A stretch of DNA of 63,799 bases, the filler included, from Octopus bimaculoides (Eukaryota), in assembly GCF_001194135.2 (NCBI RefSeq). It is 7 parts of 7 records of this genome, joined end to end, with 100 filler letters (N's around TTAATTAATTAA, not from the genome) between each part and the next. Parts side by side here need not be neighbours in the genome. Positions count along the whole stretch, not along the records: positions 62,073 to 63,799 come from NC_068983.1; 6 more parts are not named here. One strand, 5' to 3'. Shown here piece by piece: positions 62,139 to 63,799 of this stretch (positions are counted from its first letter, which is position 1; every line of letters starts with the position of its first letter). Position numbers and translations under genes: made by a program. Under the pieces are notes generated by a model. The model saw only the letters and a list, made by a program, of their open reading frames with translations. It made no database searches and was not told the origin of the DNA.

Positions 62139-63768
62139 ATGTATATATATGCATATCTGTATATATATATGTATATATACTCACATATATATACATATAT
62201 TTATGTGAGTGTGTATAGTCACAATAAGGACATTTAAACCTCATAGAGATATTTAACCAAGATACATTGGTTTAATATATTAAATTTTGAAGAGATAATT
62301 CTTCAATAAATATATTATATAGAATATCGTAAAATATCAAATATATTTTATCGAGTTAGAAAACAGAAAGATCTAATGGGTACAAATTACATTATTAATT
62401 AATCAACATATTCACCAACAACTGTTTCATTTCACCTGCAAAATTAAAATTACAAAACATTGGAATTTTGAATTTGCCTGTGAAATGAAACAATTGTTGG
62501 AGAACTAATTAATTAATTAATTAATTTCTATGCATTAGATCTCTCTCTTTTCCGATTCGACACACACACACACACGTATATATATATATTTATATGTGCG
62601 TGTGTGTGTGTATGTGTGTGTGTGTGTGTGTGTGTGTATGAAAGGTATTATATTTTTAAATGATTATTACAATTCAAAGAAGTAAACAACTTCAGGTCAA
62701 TTAGGAAAAAGTATTTAAAGGAAATACACTAATTAGATTTTTCTGTATGAAATGCTTCAAGAATATTCTGCTGAGAATATATTCTGTTATAAAGTTAATG
62801 TCAAAGTGAATAAAGGGTTTCTTACTTAATACAATTATATCGAAGCGAAACTTTCTAGAAATAGGGAGTAAAACCCTTAGAAATTTAGAAATACAGGAGC
62901 GGCGCAGAAAATAACATCAATATTCATATATTAAAGTAAAACAAGTTTGCATAATTTAAGTATACAAGTAAGAGGTAAAAGTATTTTCGTATGTTAAAAA
63001 ATGGAGTATAAGAGAGTGTCTGATGATATACATTAGGTATTAATACGAGAACATTAAAAAAAAATCTATCATAAATAATGTACACATTGATGACTACGTA
63101 ACATTCAAAGAGGGGAAATGATTGTAAATGATTATGAATAAATAGAAAATGACATTCCCTAACGCATTAGATTTTCAAAAGAATCACAAAACTAGAACTA
63201 AACATTTCATATAATAAATGTATAAGTTTATATTAATGTGTCGAATGTTATATTGAATAAGCAAATCTCCAGGTGCTACAAATCTATACCAAATGAATTC
63301 AATAAAAATATGACTGAAAATACACACGCAAACATAAATTCATATACGCACACACATATGTATACACATATACATATATATGTATATGTACATATATGTA
63401 TGAATATTTACACATATGTATGCAATTATATATGTATATATGTACGTGTGCGTGTGTGTACCGGTATGTGTGTGTATGTATGTATTTATATATATATTTG
63501 TGTGTATGTATATATATATATTCATTCATATATATCTGTATGTATGTATGAATGTATGTATGTATGTATGTATGTATGTATATATGTATGCATGTATGTA
63601 TATCAATGCCAATATAAATGTGTGGGTATGTAGTAAGAAGTCTGCTTCTCAAACACATGGTTCGGCTTCATTCTTACTGTCTGGCACTTCACCCTAGTAG
63701 AGCCTCCGGCCGACTAGGCCTTGGGGAGTGGATTTCACGTACGAAAACTGAAACAACATATGTATACA

Positions 63769-63799
<31 letters not shown>

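Larger units (their letters stand above)
1..63799. repeat. Pervasive (TA)n, (CA)n, (TATG)n, (AAT)n, (AG)n, (TCTA)n and (GAT)n microsatellites, many flanking N gaps
   Basis: Directly visible, for example at 5487-5585, 39600-39690, 46150-46199 and 60375-60460. Confidence 0.99.

Noticed and set aside
853-63697. Most ORFs in the supplied track (poly-[17 protein letters not shown], poly-N/I/L)
   Set aside because: They are translations of N gaps and di-, tri- or tetranucleotide microsatellites.

Overview
63.8 kb of AT-rich, microsatellite-dense eukaryotic draft assembly with many N gaps. The repeat content suggests an octopus genome such as Octopus bimaculoides (inference, not a database result). 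Six 100-bp N blocks centred on TTAATTAATTAA split the window into seven pieces (about 1-26850, 26951-37991, 38092-45427, 45528-53123, 53224-57789, 57890-61972, 62073-end), and these may not be true neighbours. The only gene I can name is the last coding exon of protein phosphatase 1 inhibitor-2 (PPP1R2, 25440-25567, minus strand). A chain of short, unidentified plus-strand candidate exons lies in the first 22 kb, including a tandemly duplicated 59-nt exon. The rest is mostly mobile DNA: three tRNA-derived SINE families; RTE, CR1 and R4/Dong LINE relics; DD34D mariner and DD41D rosa relics; and MITE-like hairpins. The most notable signal is a set of minimal type I hammerhead ribozyme motifs of the Penelope-associated kind, in several unrelated sequence families. 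Two have intact catalytic cores (17875-17920, 44057-44156), one can be reconstructed from inverted copies (23407-23583) and one is broken by a single deletion (27337-27466). Most of the supplied ORF track is artefact from Ns and microsatellites. All alignments and folds were done by eye.
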